Source of the DNA: Candidatus Thorarchaeota archaeon
Lineage (GTDB): Archaea > Asgardarchaeota > Thorarchaeia > Thorarchaeales > Thorarchaeaceae
DNA length: 32,000 bases
Direction: 5' to 3'
NCBI GenBank assembly: GCA_008080745.1
Contig: SHMX01000012.1
Span: 1 to 32,000, forward strand
Position 1 is the stretch's first letter; each line of letters starts with the position of its first letter. The translations under genes were made by a program, and so were the position numbers. The notes beneath the pieces were generated by a model that was not told the DNA's origin, did no database searches, and saw only the letters and a list, made by a program, of their open reading frames with translations. Of the stretch, positions 23,375 to 32,000 are shown one piece after another.

Positions 23375-24583
23375 GTGATGCACGACCTTATTGTTGTTGG
23401 TGGAGGACCCGCTGGAGCAGTCTGTGCGAGAACCGCAGCTGAGGCAGGATTGGACGTGCTTCTGCTAGAAAAGGAAAAACACCCCCGATTCAAACTCTGT
23501 GGAGGTGCCCTTAGTAAAAGAGTTGAAGACTTGCTTGATATTGACATCTCACCTGTTATTGAACGACGAGTCAAAAGTGTAAAGATATCAGCAGGATATG
23601 ACCAATCTACTACGTGGACCCGTGATGATACTACAGGAATTCTAGTAAGAAGAAGCGACTTTGATCAGTTGCTTGTGAAACATGCGAGGGATGCGGGAGC
23701 TGAAGTAATTGAGCAGTGTAAGGTGCTCCGAGTGGAGCAAACTCGAAAAGGAATACGTGCATTGGCAATAGGAGACTCCTTCAAAGGAAGACTGGTTGTG
23801 GGAGCTGATGGCGTTAATAGTACAGTAGCAAGAAGTCTAAAAATTAGAGAAAGGTGGGATTTGAAGTCTGTTGCTCTTTGTATAGGTGGAGATGCAATAC
23901 TGAATCGGGAGTCCATGAATAAAATCATGAAAGATAGCGAGGGAAATCTAAATCCCGCATTAGAGCTATATTTCGGCTTGGTAAAGTGGGGCTATGCTTG
24001 GTGCTTTCCTCATTCTGATCGATTGAACATAGGTATAGGCTGCAGAATGGATCAATCCATAAGCCTGAAAGAAGAATGGGAGAAGTTCCTGAGTCATTTC
24101 AAAAAAATGAGGGGCGTTGATTTTGTAATTCAAAATCAGTCTTCGTTCAGAGTTCCTTTTGGAGGGGAAAAAAGAAGATTAACTGCACGCAGAGCTGTAT
24201 TGATTGGAGATGCTGCTGGTCTGGTATCCCCAGTAACTGGTGAAGGCATATACTATGCTCTGAAATCAGGAATGCTTGCGGGAAATTTAGCTGTACAAAC
24301 TGTAAGAGAGAAGAATCCCCTTGTGTTTAGAACGTATCAGGAAAGAATAGAGAGAAGTATAGTAGAAGAATTGTCTGTTGCGAAATTTCTCGCTGAAATG
24401 CTTTTCAAATCGAAAAATAACATCTCAATGGCTGTCGAGATAGCTAAAGATGATCTGACTATTCGGAATTACATGATAGATTTTGTAACAGGGTTCAGAC
24501 CAGCATCTGAGATGAGAAGAAAAATGATGAAACATATGCTCAGGTATCATCCACTTAAGGCTATAAGAATAGGATTACGATGA
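23375..24583 (+). CDS. Geranylgeranyl reductase family FAD-dependent oxidoreductase
   Basis: VVGGGPAG, EK..PRFKLCGG, GADG, GYAWCFP, IGDAAGLVSPVTGEGIYYA. Confidence 0.92.
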   Translation: MMHDLIVVGGGPAGAVCARTAAEAGLDVLLLEKEKHPRFKLCGGALSKRVEDLLDIDISPVIERRVKSVKISAGYDQSTTWTRDDTTGILVRRSDFDQLLVKHARDAGAEVIEQCKVLRVEQTRKGIRALAIGDSFKGRLVVGADGVNSTVARSLKIRERWDLKSVALCIGGDAILNRESMNKIMKDSEGNLNPALELYFGLVKWGYAWCFPHSDRLNIGIGCRMDQSISLKEEWEKFLSHFKKMRGVDFVIQNQSSFRVPFGGEKRRLTARRAVLIGDAAGLVSPVTGEGIYYALKSGMLAGNLAVQTVREKNPLVFRTYQERIERSIVEELSVAKFLAEMLFKSKNNISMAVEIAKDDLTIRNYMIDFVTGFRPASEMRRKMMKHMLRYHPLKAIRIGLR

Positions 24584-24585
24584 TA

Positions 24586-25527
24586 TCAATCGTCTGACTG
24601 CGTGATGGAAATGTTTCCATCCAGAGAGAGATTAATCTTCATGAGATCACGAGCCAATACGGTATTTGAAAAGGTTTCTTTGGCTTCTGATATAATCTCA
24701 GATCCATCACCATATCGCGGACTATAGTGAGTCAAAACTAGAAGATCGACATTGGCTTTCTTTGCCAGTTCAGCCACATCTTTGGCTGTTGAATGGCCTC
24801 TTTTATCTGCTAAATCAGAATGACTAGAAGAATACATAGCTTCATGAATCAAGACATTGGCGTTCTTTGATGCCTTACGAATCACATCGCAAGGTCTGGT
24901 ATCACCAGAATAGATTATACGAATAGGAGCTGGTTTTGGCTCAGTCACATCAATAGGAGATATTTCCCGACCATCTTTTAGAGTCACACTTTCGCCCCCA
25001 GCAAGTTTTCCCCAGAGAGGGCCCTTAGGTATGTTCAATTCCTTTGCCTTATCAACCAGGAAGGTTCCTGTGGGACGTTGATATTCAACCTTGTATCCAA
25101 AAGCGATTCCTCGGTGATCCACCTCAAGAGCTTCAACCTGTAAATCATCAAAGGAAAATACAGTTCCACTTGAAATACCATACACGGTAGATTCGAATGT
25201 TGTACCCAGATGAATAGTATCCTGACTAACTCGAATAAAGTCAACTATGCCCGGAGGACCATACACATCCAAAGGACGCATCCGATCCAAGAGTGACATA
25301 CGTAGAAGCAAGCCTGGTAACCCAAGAATATGATCTGCATGCATGTGAGAAATAAAAATAGCAGTCCGTTTATTCAATCCTGCGTTTACTCGTTCATATT
25401 GGCGCTGTACATCCTCACCTGCATCAAATAGTAGGTTCCAACCTTCAAACCTTACTAGGACTGCAGGATGATTACGGCCTTCAACAGGAATTGAACCACC
25501 ACTACCCAGTATGATTATCTCAAACAT
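24586..25527 (-). CDS. rnz: Ribonuclease Z
   Basis: LGSGG, FDAGE, SHMHADHILG, exosite IPKGPLWG, YSGDT, HEA, GHST, LTHYSPRY. Confidence 0.96.
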   Translation of the reverse strand: MFEIIILGSGGSIPVEGRNHPAVLVRFEGWNLLFDAGEDVQRQYERVNAGLNKRTAIFISHMHADHILGLPGLLLRMSLLDRMRPLDVYGPPGIVDFIRVSQDTIHLGTTFESTVYGISSGTVFSFDDLQVEALEVDHRGIAFGYKVEYQRPTGTFLVDKAKELNIPKGPLWGKLAGGESVTLKDGREISPIDVTEPKPAPIRIIYSGDTRPCDVIRKASKNANVLIHEAMYSSSHSDLADKRGHSTAKDVAELAKKANVDLLVLTHYSPRYGDGSEIISEAKETFSNTVLARDLMKINLSLDGNISITQSDD

Positions 25528-25570
25528 GTAGAAACCCAACTAATCAGTAAGAGAGATATGCTCATATCAG

Positions 25571-26974
25571 TTATGCAAGGTCAAACGGTGTTGTATGGGG
25601 AGTACATTCACTGCGCACTACACTAAGCGCACGAAGATCGAAAAATCTCAAGTCCCATTTCCATCCATCAAGTCGCGTATCAAACATCGATAAGATTGGA
25701 ATGTGTTCATCGCGTCCTGTTGAAACGACATGGGCCATCCATTCATTTACAAAAGACACCTCCTCACCCAATACTTGGAGTATCTCTCCACCTGAACCTG
25801 CAGGAACGGAGGTTAGAAGTAAAACTTTTGACTCTCCATTACGACCGTCAGTAATCCTATCAATACGAGAGATATAAGTCAGAGGGAGAAAGTTCCAAGC
25901 GTTTATGACCTCACCAGCGCTCTCCGAGTCCAGTACAGCAATCACTCGTTCATTAAGTAGAGGAATATCGATTCGAGCACGAGGAAGGACATATTCGTTT
26001 TCAATAATTTGGATTCTACGTCGGAATATCGTTGATTCTGAGAGCCCAGTCGATTCCATAATCTCATGGGTAGTAGCATCAAAGTTACGTGTCATGTGAT
26101 CAATTATCTTTAGGTCGCTTGGAGCCATGGTTACTTTTGTTCGTGACTGGGAGGGCAATTCACCCAGTATCAGAGGTTCATCGCTGTTTCTAAGAAGCAG
26201 TCTGAAGTGAAACAGATTCGGCTTCCAATCTGGCCGGTTATATGAGAAATGGTGTGGACTGAATCGAGGATGTCCCTCTGAAAGGTGCCACGCAGTAACA
26301 GAGCTGGCCACATTGCGCAGAGAGGGCATCAAGACCAAGAAATCATCGATGTGTATGCTTGGAATGGCGGCTACCAGAAAGGCAAAAGTTGTGGCACCAT
26401 CAACAATCAGAGTCTTATAGATATAGGGGCCGCTCAAAACAAGAGAGGGATTTTCTAAAATTAATAGAATTCTTTCCAAACCAAGTTTTTGGAGATTAAG
26501 CAAGCCTTCTACAGAGAATACTTTGGAGTCCTTAAGACGTTGCATAGCCCTTCTACATTGGGCATAGGTCATATCACTCAGATCTGCAAGTTCGCTCAAA
26601 TTCGCATCGGGTTTTTTCAGAACTGATTCTAACGCACTAAGTTCGGTTTTGGATAAACGTGATGCGTTATAACTCCACAGTGCCTCAACCTCACGTAACA
26701 CATCAGGTTGGGAAATAAATCGTATATAACCAAGTTTGATTACATCAGTAAGCCTCTCTTTCAAATCCTCATAGAGACTACCCCGATAGGTATTCACCAT
26801 CATAAAGAGCCGTTCGCTCTCGGAAGATGTCTGGAAGAGATCTAATCCAACTCCGTCCTCGATGGACTGGAGAGATTGAACAACAGCAAGCGCACTAGGA
26901 CTGAGTTTCGATTCAATAGTTGGTTCTTCTTGCTCGTCTGACATATGCAGAACTTCTTCTCCATCGGTGGTCAT
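25571..26974 (-). CDS. Large regulator with two Lrp/AsnC-like winged-HTH units
   Basis: HTH1 ELSALESVLKKPDANLSELADLSDMT; HTH2 DLKIIDHMTRNFDATTHEIMESTGLSESTIFRR. Confidence 0.65.
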   Translation of the reverse strand: MTTDGEEVLHMSDEQEEPTIESKLSPSALAVVQSLQSIEDGVGLDLFQTSSESERLFMMVNTYRGSLYEDLKERLTDVIKLGYIRFISQPDVLREVEALWSYNASRLSKTELSALESVLKKPDANLSELADLSDMTYAQCRRAMQRLKDSKVFSVEGLLNLQKLGLERILLILENPSLVLSGPYIYKTLIVDGATTFAFLVAAIPSIHIDDFLVLMPSLRNVASSVTAWHLSEGHPRFSPHHFSYNRPDWKPNLFHFRLLLRNSDEPLILGELPSQSRTKVTMAPSDLKIIDHMTRNFDATTHEIMESTGLSESTIFRRRIQIIENEYVLPRARIDIPLLNERVIAVLDSESAGEVINAWNFLPLTYISRIDRITDGRNGESKVLLLTSVPAGSGGEILQVLGEEVSFVNEWMAHVVSTGRDEHIPILSMFDTRLDGWKWDLRFFDLRALSVVRSECTPHTTPFDLA

Positions 26975-27074
26975 AGATTACCCTTCACATACAATCTCTT
27001 GTATTACTCAATTTAAGCTCATAAGTGAATTAGTACCATGGCGCGTTTCTGTGATAGTTTTTCATTTAGCTATA

Positions 27075-27824
27075 CTAAACAGATTCTGAATCAGACCAAA
27101 GACTATCAAAGTATGCTGATGCCATTGCTGCAAATACAGGGGCTGAAGCGTAAATGCCCAAGAACTCTTCTTGCTCATTACCAGCCAACATTATTAGAGT
27201 TTCACGTCTGTCAATAACTAGACCCGCTCCAAAAACACGTGACCGAGTACGTACTTCAAAATTCGAAGGAATGAGGTTCTTCATATCCGATGGGAGATTG
27301 GATGTGAGTAGCATAACCTTAGCTTTCACACTAAAGGCACGTTCTATTAGCTCAGAAATCTCTTCAGTGGGCATATCAAGACTGGGGAGAGATAGCAATA
27401 CCTCTTCCTTTGATACTTCTAACATCTCGATAGCTTTAGCAAGAATAGAATGTCTTCCGTGTAGAAGCCAAACATCTCGTGTGGTAGCAGGTGTTTCACG
27501 TTCAAATCTAGGTTGTAATTCTTCAACAACATGTTTGCTAGCCCGTTCTAATCGTTCCTCCCATTCCAATCTAACTAGGCGCATTACCTCAGTGGGGGAT
27601 TTTGCACGGTATTGTGTAGGTCTTCCTTTCCTAGTCTGGATAAACCCTTTTTCCCCAAGACGCCCTAGTACGTCATATATTCGCGAATAAGGAACCTGTG
27701 ATTTTGTGCTAGTATCCGAAGCGGACATTTGACCATGATCAACTAGTGCGAGATAAGCAGAGGTCTCGTATTCTGTGAGACCAATCTCTTTCAGTGCTTT
27801 GAGAGTAGCTTCGCTAATTGTCAA
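27075..27824 (-). CDS. TrmB-family transcriptional regulator
   Basis: LKEIGLTEYET..YLAL, SQVPYSRIYDVL, GRPTQYRA; C-terminal effector domain; TTG start. Confidence 0.92.
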   Translation of the reverse strand: MTISEATLKALKEIGLTEYETSAYLALVDHGQMSASDTSTKSQVPYSRIYDVLGRLGEKGFIQTRKGRPTQYRAKSPTEVMRLVRLEWEERLERASKHVVEELQPRFERETPATTRDVWLLHGRHSILAKAIEMLEVSKEEVLLSLPSLDMPTEEISELIERAFSVKAKVMLLTSNLPSDMKNLIPSNFEVRTRSRVFGAGLVIDRRETLIMLAGNEQEEFLGIYASAPVFAAMASAYFDSLWSDSESV

Positions 27825-27862
27825 CGGGATACAACCTCATCGTATTTGAGAAAGTATGGAAC

Positions 27863-28429
27863 TTAAGATTTGTCAGATGTGTACCAGTCCAAAAATTTTG
27901 TAAATGCCTTCGTTCGATGTGAGAAGGCAATCTTCTCCTCAAAGGTCATCTCTGCATAGGTACGTGTTTCGCCTCGTGGAATGAAGATGGGATCATATCC
28001 AAAACCACCTGCCCCCTGAGGTTCATGGGCTATTGTTCCGTGCATCTCTCCAACAAAAGTGTAAACTCCAGAACCATCTGCGAATCCTACTGAACAGACA
28101 AATTTGGCTTGGCGTAGTTCAATATCTTGCATAAGTTTCAATATCCCCTCAAGTCCAATGGTTTGAAGAACAAATGCGGGATATGCCTGAGGAAAGCCCC
28201 CAAGTGAGTCGATATACAGACCTGTATCATCCACTACCACAGAGCAGTCCAATGAAGAATATGCCCTAAGAGCAGCCTCAAGAGCAATTTGCTCAGTGCT
28301 TGTAGACCGAATCTCCTGTTTCTCCAGAGAGGATGTTTGAAAAGATACGCCGTATCTCTGAAATAAGGGAGATAATTCTTCAAGTTTATGCTTATTTTGT
28401 GTTACAAGAACAAGTTTATCCTTTGACAT
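27863..28429 (-). CDS. rdgB: Non-canonical purine NTP pyrophosphatase (RdgB/HAM1)
   Basis: TQNKHK, VDDTGL, GFGYDPIF, SHR. Confidence 0.95.
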   Translation of the reverse strand: MSKDKLVLVTQNKHKLEELSPLFQRYGVSFQTSSLEKQEIRSTSTEQIALEAALRAYSSLDCSVVVDDTGLYIDSLGGFPQAYPAFVLQTIGLEGILKLMQDIELRQAKFVCSVGFADGSGVYTFVGEMHGTIAHEPQGAGGFGYDPIFIPRGETRTYAEMTFEEKIAFSHRTKAFTKFLDWYTSDKS

Positions 28430-29540
28430 ACTGGAGTACTTCCTTCATTATTTGGTAGGATGGTCGGGTCTTGTTTAAATCGAACATTCCTGTAGCATTC
28501 CATAAAATAACATGTTGGAGCCCTTCATTTACATATTCTTCCAGACGTTTAATGATGGCTTCAGCATCACCCATGATGTAAAATTCCTGAAGAATTTCTG
28601 GGGGAACTTGCTGTAGAGCATCCAGAACTGCTTCACGTCCATAATTCATAGGAATGTAATCACGAAGAGAGTAAAAATCTTCACCAAATGGATGTTCAAA
28701 TCCTTTTTTACTCCACTCTGACGCAGGATAGAGAAGAGCAAAGGCACGGGCTATTGAGGTATCAGCCATGCGCATGCATTCGGACAAGTCATCATCCAAG
28801 ATACACCAATTCCATAGCGCTGCTGTGAAACGATTGGTTTTGCCCATCTTCATACGGTGCTTTTGTATCTCTCTGAAGCGTTTACCATAATCCTGTGGAA
28901 GTAGATGAGTTGGAATCCATCCATCACCAAACTCTGCTGCGATTTTGAGCATCTTTGGTCCATGTGCGGCAATCCATATAGGAGGAGGATTATCCTGAAC
29001 AGCAGGTCGTAGTGACATCACTGCATTCTTCAATTGCCAGAATTTTCCCTCATAATTGAATGGTTCATGTGTACTCCAGACCAACCTAATAATCTCAAGT
29101 GCTTCTCGTAATTTACCAACTTGCCCCGAATAGTTCAAACCATAAGGAGCTATATTTTCTATCTCTCCAGCACCTATACCCATAATGGCTCGTCCTTGAC
29201 TAATGTGGTCAAGGGTCAAAAAAGTCTGAGCCAACAGAATCGGATGTCTACGAAGTGGTTCTGTAACAGCAGAAATGAGTCGGACATTCTCAGTGACTGC
29301 TGCACAAGCAGCCATGATACTACCCAATTCAAAATATGTGTGCGGTGATTGTTGTAGAATTGCCAGGGGTGTTATATCAGGAGTCCAGATGCTTTCGGGA
29401 ACGAATCCTGCAAAATGATCTGGAAATGCCATACTATCGTATCCAAGAGAATCAATGAGCTTTGCATTCTTCGCAGCATTATCCCAAGGAGGGAGGAAAG
29501 GACCAGGAGCTCCTATTTCTAAATCATGAATATCGGTCAT
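28416..29540 (-). CDS. LLM-class (probably F420-dependent) oxidoreductase
   Basis: PDH, TLDHISQGRAIMGIGAGE, IWIAAHGPKML, FGDGW. Confidence 0.9.
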   Translation of the reverse strand: MTDIHDLEIGAPGPFLPPWDNAAKNAKLIDSLGYDSMAFPDHFAGFVPESIWTPDITPLAILQQSPHTYFELGSIMAACAAVTENVRLISAVTEPLRRHPILLAQTFLTLDHISQGRAIMGIGAGEIENIAPYGLNYSGQVGKLREALEIIRLVWSTHEPFNYEGKFWQLKNAVMSLRPAVQDNPPPIWIAAHGPKMLKIAAEFGDGWIPTHLLPQDYGKRFREIQKHRMKMGKTNRFTAALWNWCILDDDLSECMRMADTSIARAFALLYPASEWSKKGFEHPFGEDFYSLRDYIPMNYGREAVLDALQQVPPEILQEFYIMGDAEAIIKRLEEYVNEGLQHVILWNATGMFDLNKTRPSYQIMKEVLQYVKG

Positions 29541-30725
29541 CTATTCGCACGTCTCAGCGAAATGGATAAGCGCAGCTTTTACGCTCTCATAGGTCTTAAT
29601 GGATAACCATTCATCAATCCCATGAAAATTGCTATCTTCTTCAATAGTGCCATAACAAGCAGTAGGTATACCTACAGCTGTGAAGTAATGTCCGTCATTC
29701 CCACCCAAATCTGCTGCGATTGGGATGTTCGGGTCGACAGCTTTCTTCACCGCGGAATGAAAAGCTATGACAAACTCGTTTTCTGCGTCAGAGCCCCACC
29801 CACTTACCGCCTGTTTGAAAGTCAAAGAGGCTTCAACACATGTTTCTTCTTTAGCTTTCTCTACATATTCTTCAATAGATTTTACAACTTCTTTTGGATC
29901 CTCTTCAGGAATTGCTCGACAATCAAAGGAAAAAGCTGCCTTTCCCGGTATTACATTTGTTTTGCTTCCAGCCTGATAGACGGTCATTGAAAAGCGGCCC
30001 CAAAGATTCTGGTGAGGGCTTCCTGGGGGTGCAGGTAGTTGAGACTGAACCTTTGCTCGAACATCAATAAATCCTAACATGTAGTTGAGAAGAGGGATGG
30101 ACAGATGTATAGCATTATTGAAAGCAAATGGATATCCAGCATGTCCTTGAGTGCCATGAACTGTGATTGTCCCGGCGATAACTCCGCTTGCACCAATACT
30201 AACATAGGTGGGTCCCGAATCAACAACAATTCCAAAGTCACCCCGAATCTGTGGAGGACCATTTATCAAATAGTCGATGCCATATTCTCCTCCAATCTCC
30301 TCATTAGGTGATATGAGAATCTTGAGGTTCACTTTCGATGAATTGGATTTTGCAAGTTCTTTAGCGGCTGCAACAGCTGCAACCACATTTCCTTTGTTAT
30401 CAGTAACACCACGGCCATAGATTTTATCACCTTCGATGGTCAGTTTAAATGGGGGATGAGTCCATGCATCTGTGTCACCTGCGGGTACAACATCATAATG
30501 AGTGCAGAGTAGAATTGTCTTATCAGCACCAACATCTAAGGAAGCAACAATATTAGGTTGAGGAATGCCATCCTGTTTTGAATCAAAGACCTCAACTTGT
30601 AGACCAGCCTCCTCACAATATCGTTTAATTACACCAGCACATTCAGCATAGTTCTTCTTTTCTTCGCTGTTTGTATCTAGTTCAACAATCGCTCGAAGAA
30701 AAGTTTCTTCCCAATCATCCATCAT
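29541..30725 (-). CDS. M20 family metallo-hydrolase (ArgE/DapE-like)
   Basis: HYDVVP, YGRGVTDNKG, NEEIGG, QGHAG, HGIDE. Confidence 0.93.
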   Translation of the reverse strand: MMDDWEETFLRAIVELDTNSEEKKNYAECAGVIKRYCEEAGLQVEVFDSKQDGIPQPNIVASLDVGADKTILLCTHYDVVPAGDTDAWTHPPFKLTIEGDKIYGRGVTDNKGNVVAAVAAAKELAKSNSSKVNLKILISPNEEIGGEYGIDYLINGPPQIRGDFGIVVDSGPTYVSIGASGVIAGTITVHGTQGHAGYPFAFNNAIHLSIPLLNYMLGFIDVRAKVQSQLPAPPGSPHQNLWGRFSMTVYQAGSKTNVIPGKAAFSFDCRAIPEEDPKEVVKSIEEYVEKAKEETCVEASLTFKQAVSGWGSDAENEFVIAFHSAVKKAVDPNIPIAADLGGNDGHYFTAVGIPTACYGTIEEDSNFHGIDEWLSIKTYESVKAALIHFAETCE

Positions 30726-30951
30726 AATCGTACTCCAAAGAAATCAAGTCAAAATATGTCGTATCAAACAGATTAGTCTTGTGTTAATACATCATGATTG
30801 AAATAAATCAATGCTGGCGTGTCTGAAAGTAATTTATCTTGAGTTTGATAACGAGTACTTGAAGTTATGGAAGTTCTGGCATATAGTATCACAATTGAAT
30901 AGGAAATATATCAACACAGCACTTAAGCGCAATGCCGTATATTTTCTAAGC

Positions 30952-31554
30952 ATGTCAGAACCAACTGTATACCACATTCAAAAAGGTAATCTTGTCTTGA
31001 TGCCAGACCCCGGAGCTTTTGGTAAAGGGGACTGCTATCTTGTCGATGCAGGTCCAAAAATCTACATCTGGATTGGGCCGAATAGCTCTGTTGATGAGAA
31101 GTTTCTTGCAGCTGCAGAAGCGGTTTTCAAAGACACAGCCAGGAAGGGTCATGCAGATATAGATCACATCGATGGAGGCAACGAACCAGAAGAATTCAAG
31201 GCACTCTTTGATGATTTTCATCTTACTGATGAGGATACCGCAGGTATTCTAAAGAAAGTGCAGATGGAAAAACACGAATACAAGCTCTGGAGAGTACATC
31301 GCGATGCAGATAACGATGAAACCTTCTTTGCAGAGGTTCCATTAGAACGTTCTTCCTTGAGAAGCGATGATGTCTATATCTTAGATGCGTGGGAAGACAT
31401 CTATGTTTGGAGAGGAAAAGATGCTACTGCCAGAGAGAAATTTGACGCAACTATTCTTGCACGACGATACGATGCAGAACGTGTGGGAACACAGGATATC
31501 GATCTAATTGAAGAAGGAGACGAACCGGAAGAGTTCCTTGAAAAAATAGTGTAA
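30952..31554 (+). CDS. Two-domain gelsolin (Asgard 2DGel type)
   Basis: Two gelsolin repeats: GDCYLVD..IYIWIG..EK..GNEPEEF and DDVYILD..IYVWRG..EK..EGDEPEEF; start ATG 30952. Confidence 0.92.
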   Translation: MSEPTVYHIQKGNLVLMPDPGAFGKGDCYLVDAGPKIYIWIGPNSSVDEKFLAAAEAVFKDTARKGHADIDHIDGGNEPEEFKALFDDFHLTDEDTAGILKKVQMEKHEYKLWRVHRDADNDETFFAEVPLERSSLRSDDVYILDAWEDIYVWRGKDATAREKFDATILARRYDAERVGTQDIDLIEEGDEPEEFLEKIV

Positions 31555-31582
31555 TTACAACCAAACGGGGTTGCGGGTGGTT

Positions 31583-31999
31583 CTATACCAAACGATAATG
31601 CCCCGTTCTTGGTTCATATACTACACTTGCTAGCTTCATTTCTTCAAGAGTCTTTGCAGTTATGTGAGTTGGTACATCTGCCTCTTGGGCAATTTCTTGT
31701 AACGTCGGCCCCAATGACCTTGTAGTACCATCATCAAGTTTCCGTAGTGCACGCAAGACTCTGGTATTGAATTTATGATACTTGGAGTCCGCCCCCCATT
31801 CCTCCTCCACTTCTGCTTTTAGTTCTGTTAGCTCTAAAAATTCTTTAAGAGCAGGCTCGAGAACTCGATCCCATGCTTTTTTGATATCACCTGCATTCAC
31901 CTTACTCTTCCACTTGGACCGAGCAGAAGAACGCGCAAGTTTGATAGTACTCAATGGTCTTCCTAGAGCATCTGCATCAAGAATATGTCCACGCCCTAA
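31583..31999 (-). CDS. 3' part of an MCM-like AAA+ protein (lid plus C-terminal winged helix), running off the window
   Basis: Frame is open to the window edge (LGRGHILDADALGRPLSTIKLARSSAR...); lid-like IKLARSSAR..V...DIKKA; C-terminus VYEPRTGHYRLV. Confidence 0.6.
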   Translation of the reverse strand, partial: LGRGHILDADALGRPLSTIKLARSSARSKWKSKVNAGDIKKAWDRVLEPALKEFLELTELKAEVEEEWGADSKYHKFNTRVLRALRKLDDGTTRSLGPTLQEIAQEADVPTHITAKTLEEMKLASVVYEPRTGHYRLV

Positions 32000-32000
32000 G

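Noticed and set aside
22259-23383. GatD call and the track's extended N-terminus
   Set aside because: No GatD N-terminal domain; the extension overlaps the divergent promoter of the reductase
30811-30951. 47-aa N-terminal extension of gelsolin
   Set aside because: AT-rich intergenic-like sequence; domain 1 begins right after ATG 30952
258-31221. Many antisense or alternative-frame ORFs over ribosomal and enzyme genes
   Set aside because: Fully overlap confidently identified genes; low-complexity mirror translations
1-32000. CRISPR arrays, IS elements, integrases, rRNA genes
   Set aside because: No regularly spaced repeats, transposase or integrase motifs, or rRNA signatures seen; the repeats found are intragenic or the peptide array

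Overview
Archaeal core-genome window, almost certainly Asgard and most likely Thorarchaeia. The evidence is a two-domain gelsolin, the archaeal r-protein set with eL14/eL19/eL32/eL34/eS4, TiaS and Cbf5. It holds rps13-rps4-rps11 without rpoD, tiaS, tsr3, a DsrE protein and an RNase P RNA gene. A large minus-strand cluster runs rpl22 to rpl15 (with an inserted Hsp20), then secY, adk, DUF106, rpl34e, cmk, rpl14e and cbf5. Beyond it are an intron-containing tRNA-Ser(GGA), asparaginase, a geranylgeranyl reductase, RNase Z, two regulators, RdgB, an LLM oxidoreductase, an M20 hydrolase, a two-domain gelsolin and the 3' end of a divergent MCM-like ATPase. No mobile element or CRISPR array was seen. 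The best candidates for new biology are: (i) a tandem array of tiny paralogous basic peptide ORFs at 4427-4730, below the ORF-track cutoff, with a TATA box, an operator palindrome, SD coupling and a terminator; (ii) two unexplained structured non-coding regions (9719-9998 and the rpl22 leader); (iii) ribosomal-protein extensions, namely a doubled helix-hairpin-helix module on eL32 and an identical ELDGLE motif in the acidic tails of eL32 and uS3; (iv) a PfkB pseudokinase and an Hsp20 inserted in conserved gene order. All family calls are from motif recognition by eye; no database search was run.
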